A DNA stretch of 64,000 nt from Sulfolobales archaeon HS-7 (GTDB lineage: Archaea > Thermoproteota > Thermoprotei_A > Sulfolobales > Sulfolobaceae), in NCBI GenBank assembly GCA_019704295.1, contig AP024596.1:1984001-2048000 (forward strand), read 5' to 3'. The notes beneath the pieces were generated by a model. That model saw only the letters and a program-made list of their open reading frames with translations. It had not been told where the DNA came from and made no database searches. Shown one piece after another: positions 60,900 to 64,000 of this stretch. The translations under genes and the position numbers were made by a program. Positions within the stretch are counted from its first letter, which is position 1; each line of letters starts with the position of its first letter.

Positions 60900-62114
60900 T
60901 TATCTACCTCTTCCCCTTTTCCTCCTTTTCTCCTTACGTTCTTTTCTTTCCTCCTTAATCTCTTTTTTGGGAGGTGGATTCGGATATTTGTCTCTGATTT
61001 CTTGTATTCTTTTCTCCAACTGCTGACGTAATATACCTCCCACATATTTTCCAGAATATGCGTCTATTTTAGCAGCAGTTGCTAGTTTGGTTGCTAGCGC
61101 ACGCGCCATTTTACCTCTTTGCCAACGCGGCGCATTATGAATTGCAGGATATTGGAATATTATGCCATGTTTCGGAGGGCGCGTACCTGACCTTAGTGAA
61201 CGAAATAAAGCCTTCTCAGCACCTAATACTTGTATAGTACTTGCAGGCATTTTTGCAAGTTCCTTAAGACTTCCGGCAAGACTTAAAAGCCTTGCAGCAA
61301 GGGAGGAACCCACGAGGGACGTAACGTTGGGAGCTATTTCTTTCATTATAGATTCCGCATATTCTGTAAGTTCGTCTCTTAAGGAGAACAGCGAGAGTAT
61401 ATTTTCCGCCATAACCTTTAATGAACTCAAATCGTCTTCCGATAAATTAGCTCCGAGGCTTCGTTTAGCGGCTTCTGCTATCTTCTTCGCTTTTGCGTCG
61501 GGAATACCTAGCTTAGCAATTTTTTCTTCGCTTATGTTATCCCTCTCTCCAAAATCTCGTATTATTTGACTATATAGCTTATGATCCTCTATGAGCTTAT
61601 CGAGTTCTGGGAAATGAATACTGTACCATTCCCTCAACCTCTCTGAGAAGAGGTTTATGGTCTTATCTATGTCGTCTATGGCCCTGATTGCCTGTACTGC
61701 TAGTTGGTCCCTATTCTCGGCCGCCTGTCTAAGTTTCCTCCTTGTAAGCTCTGTTGCTACGTTATTTATAAATTCAAAGAGCTTTTCTTCAGATTCCGCA
61801 AAGCCAGTTTTCAGGGCAATTTGTACTAATTCTCCTCTAAACGTCTGAGCACCTATGCTGTTCGGTTCATATAATATTTTAACGCCTAACTTACTTAGCC
61901 CTGATGAAACTTCCTCGTTTTCTAAGACGTATTCATCTACCTTAATTTTACTTATGAGTTCGACTGTTGAAGGTAACGGTTCGCCTTTTAATTCATTGAG
62001 GAGTGCTTCAACTACTTTTCCAACATCTTCTGTATTTTTTACATAATCTATTAGCTCTCCTTGTTCATTAAAGGCGAATGACCCTATTGCGTGTTCGGCA
62101 ATGTAAACTCGCAT
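60900..62114 (-). CDS. nop5: C/D box RNP core protein Nop5 (Nop56/58)
   Basis: [39 protein letters not shown]. Confidence 0.97.
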   Translation of the reverse strand: MRVYIAEHAIGSFAFNEQGELIDYVKNTEDVGKVVEALLNELKGEPLPSTVELISKIKVDEYVLENEEVSSGLSKLGVKILYEPNSIGAQTFRGELVQIALKTGFAESEEKLFEFINNVATELTRRKLRQAAENRDQLAVQAIRAIDDIDKTINLFSERLREWYSIHFPELDKLIEDHKLYSQIIRDFGERDNISEEKIAKLGIPDAKAKKIAEAAKRSLGANLSEDDLSSLKVMAENILSLFSLRDELTEYAESIMKEIAPNVTSLVGSSLAARLLSLAGSLKELAKMPASTIQVLGAEKALFRSLRSGTRPPKHGIIFQYPAIHNAPRWQRGKMARALATKLATAAKIDAYSGKYVGGILRQQLEKRIQEIRDKYPNPPPKKEIKEERKERKEKRRKRGRGR

Positions 62115-62174
62115 TATTTTACATCCTCTGAAAACGTTTATTAATCAAAACTATAACATTATCTATGTAATAAC

Positions 62175-62321
62175 ATGCCGTCTCATGGATCCTTAACAAA
62201 GGCAGGAAAGGTAAGAAGTCAGACACCAAAGATTCAACCTAAAGAGAAGAAAAAAGAAAATCCTCGATTAAGAAATAGAATAGAATATAAGAAAAGGATG
62301 GAGGAAAAAAAGGCTAGGTAA
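62175..62321 (+). CDS. rps30e: 30S ribosomal protein S30e, 48 aa; not in ORF track
   Basis: Hand translation [20 protein letters not shown]... Confidence 0.96.
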   Translation: MPSHGSLTKAGKVRSQTPKIQPKEKKKENPRLRNRIEYKKRMEEKKAR

Positions 62322-62336
62322 ATATATTTTTTTATA

Positions 62337-63680
62337 TTGTGTTTCTACCCTATGCAATTAACCTCTTATCAAGGAAGAGCGCTCTCTATTTTAGATAACA
62401 TAGGTGCAAGCATTGGAGACCTGATTGAGATTAAGAAAGGCAAGTACTCATTTACTGGCATACTTATGCCTACCTATTCAGCTGATGATTCAATTGTAGT
62501 TTTAAAATTAGAAAATGGATATAATATAGGCATATCAGTAGAAAACAGTGATAGTATAAGGATTTTAAAGAAAAGTCAAAGCGAGCTGGCTACTAAAGAG
62601 CTTGTTAGAGAAGAAGGGATGAGTGAGATAAAGATCATTAGTACAGGAGGCACTATTGTTAGTAAGATAGAATATGAGACGGGTGCAGTAAGGCCTGCCC
62701 TGTCAACAAAGGAGATACTTAACTTCATACCAGAAATTAAGAACGTTGCTAAGATATCATCAGAAGTAGTATTTTCAATACTCAGTGAAGACATGAAACC
62801 CGAATATTGGATAAAAATAGCTGATGCCGTAAAAAGAGGATTTGATCAAGGGAATAAAGGAATTGTAGTAGCACATGGAACTGATACTATGACCTATACA
62901 GCAGCCGCTTTAGCATTTTCACTTAAAAAAATTCAAGGACCGGTAGTTCTGGTTGGTTCTCAGAGAAGTAGTGATAGACCAAGTAGCGACGCTACGATAA
63001 ATCTCTACTCTGCTGTTTACGTTGCAAAGAATTTTCAAATAGGGGAGGTTGTAATTAATATGCATTCAACATCATCTGACACCTATACATACATTCACAG
63101 AGGGGTAAAGACAAGAAAAATGCACACGAGTAGAAGAGATGCCTTTCAATCGATTAACGACATTCCAATAGCTAAATTTGACTGGGCCAAAAAAGAAATA
63201 GTTATAATTAATAAAAATTATAAAATTCCGGACGACGAAACGTTAGTTGATGCTAAGTTCTCAAGTAAGGCTTTCCTACTTAAGGCGTTTCCAGGTCTTA
63301 ATGGAGAGGTAATTGATGCGATTGTTGGCTCCGGAATAAAAGGAATGATCATTGAGGGCACAGGTCTCGGGCATATATCATCTGAATTGATAGACGTTCT
63401 AAAGAAGGCCATAAAGGATGGCGTATTTATCGGTATGACCTCGCAATGTCTTTTCGGAAGAGTTAACATGAATGTTTACACCACGGGCAGAACTCTTCAA
63501 AAGGTAGGAGTAACGCCTTTAGACGACATGTTACCAGAGGTTGCCCTTGTAAAACTTATGTGGACGTTAGCACATTATGAAGAGCTGGAAGATATAAAGA
63601 AAGTGATGAGAAGCAATTTAGCTGGAGAGTTATCTCCAAGGCACGTAATAAATGAGTTTCCGAGATGGGAATATGAGTGA
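62337..63680 (+). CDS. gatD: Glu-tRNA(Gln) amidotransferase subunit D (likely ATG at 62352)
   Basis: [42 protein letters not shown]. Confidence 0.96.
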   Translation: MCFYPMQLTSYQGRALSILDNIGASIGDLIEIKKGKYSFTGILMPTYSADDSIVVLKLENGYNIGISVENSDSIRILKKSQSELATKELVREEGMSEIKIISTGGTIVSKIEYETGAVRPALSTKEILNFIPEIKNVAKISSEVVFSILSEDMKPEYWIKIADAVKRGFDQGNKGIVVAHGTDTMTYTAAALAFSLKKIQGPVVLVGSQRSSDRPSSDATINLYSAVYVAKNFQIGEVVINMHSTSSDTYTYIHRGVKTRKMHTSRRDAFQSINDIPIAKFDWAKKEIVIINKNYKIPDDETLVDAKFSSKAFLLKAFPGLNGEVIDAIVGSGIKGMIIEGTGLGHISSELIDVLKKAIKDGVFIGMTSQCLFGRVNMNVYTTGRTLQKVGVTPLDDMLPEVALVKLMWTLAHYEELEDIKKVMRSNLAGELSPRHVINEFPRWEYE

Positions 63681-64000
63681 ATGCGATAAGCTGAGACTTA
63701 AAGTTGGTCTAGAGGTTCACCAACAACTAAATACTAAAAGTAAACTTTTCTGTAATTGTCCTACTTTACTTTCTGAAGATAGCCGAACAGCCATTATAAG
63801 GGAATTACGTCCCTCACTAAGTGAGCTGGGGGAGGTAGATCCAGCAGCCCTATTTGAATGGGAGAAAGGCAAGAGGTATAAATATTTTCTTAATGACAAA
63901 TCAACTTGTTTAGTTGAATGCGACGAGGAACCTCCTCATCCAATGAACCTTGATGCAATATTAATTGGGCTGGGTGTAACTAACGCATTGAATGGTATTC
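63673..64000 (+). CDS. gatE: Glu-tRNA(Gln) amidotransferase subunit E, truncated by window end
   Basis: [43 protein letters not shown]. Confidence 0.95.
   Translation, partial: MSECDKLRLKVGLEVHQQLNTKSKLFCNCPTLLSEDSRTAIIRELRPSLSELGEVDPAALFEWEKGKRYKYFLNDKSTCLVECDEEPPHPMNLDAILIGLGVTNALNGI

Overview
A low-GC crenarchaeal chromosome segment, Sulfolobales-like by gene content and order (species not identifiable). It is mostly housekeeping. Protein genes include sufCBD, thermosome alpha, truD-pth2-EF1beta, proteasome beta, rfcS-rfcL-moaC-cdc6(orc1-2 type)-gins23-mcm, rnz-trm-prs, GPN GTPase, pcna-priS-gins15-rpl44e-rps27e-aIF2alpha-nop10, aglB, carS, uppS, nbp35, a stand-alone nurA-herA paralog pair, mat, SmAP, fibrillarin-nop5, rps30e and gatDE. 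There are four tRNA genes (two with introns) and two unannotated C/D box sRNA candidates. The intergenic space is full of mobile-element debris: a 1403-bp ISH3/IS4-type IS (17-bp TIR, 9-bp TSD) nested inside an older relative, six ~160-bp SM4-like MITE copies, and several IS200/IS605 (tnpB) right-end/omegaRNA-like remnants. The most unusual observation is that two of these right ends supply the in-frame stop codon of a convergent core gene (rnz and the GPN GTPase). Other candidates are two probable ATT start codons, a PriS apparently lacking its Zn motif, a Cys-free DsrE next to TusA, and the atypical NurA-HerA pair. No CRISPR array or rRNA was seen. All family assignments come from motif recognition and recall, not database searches.
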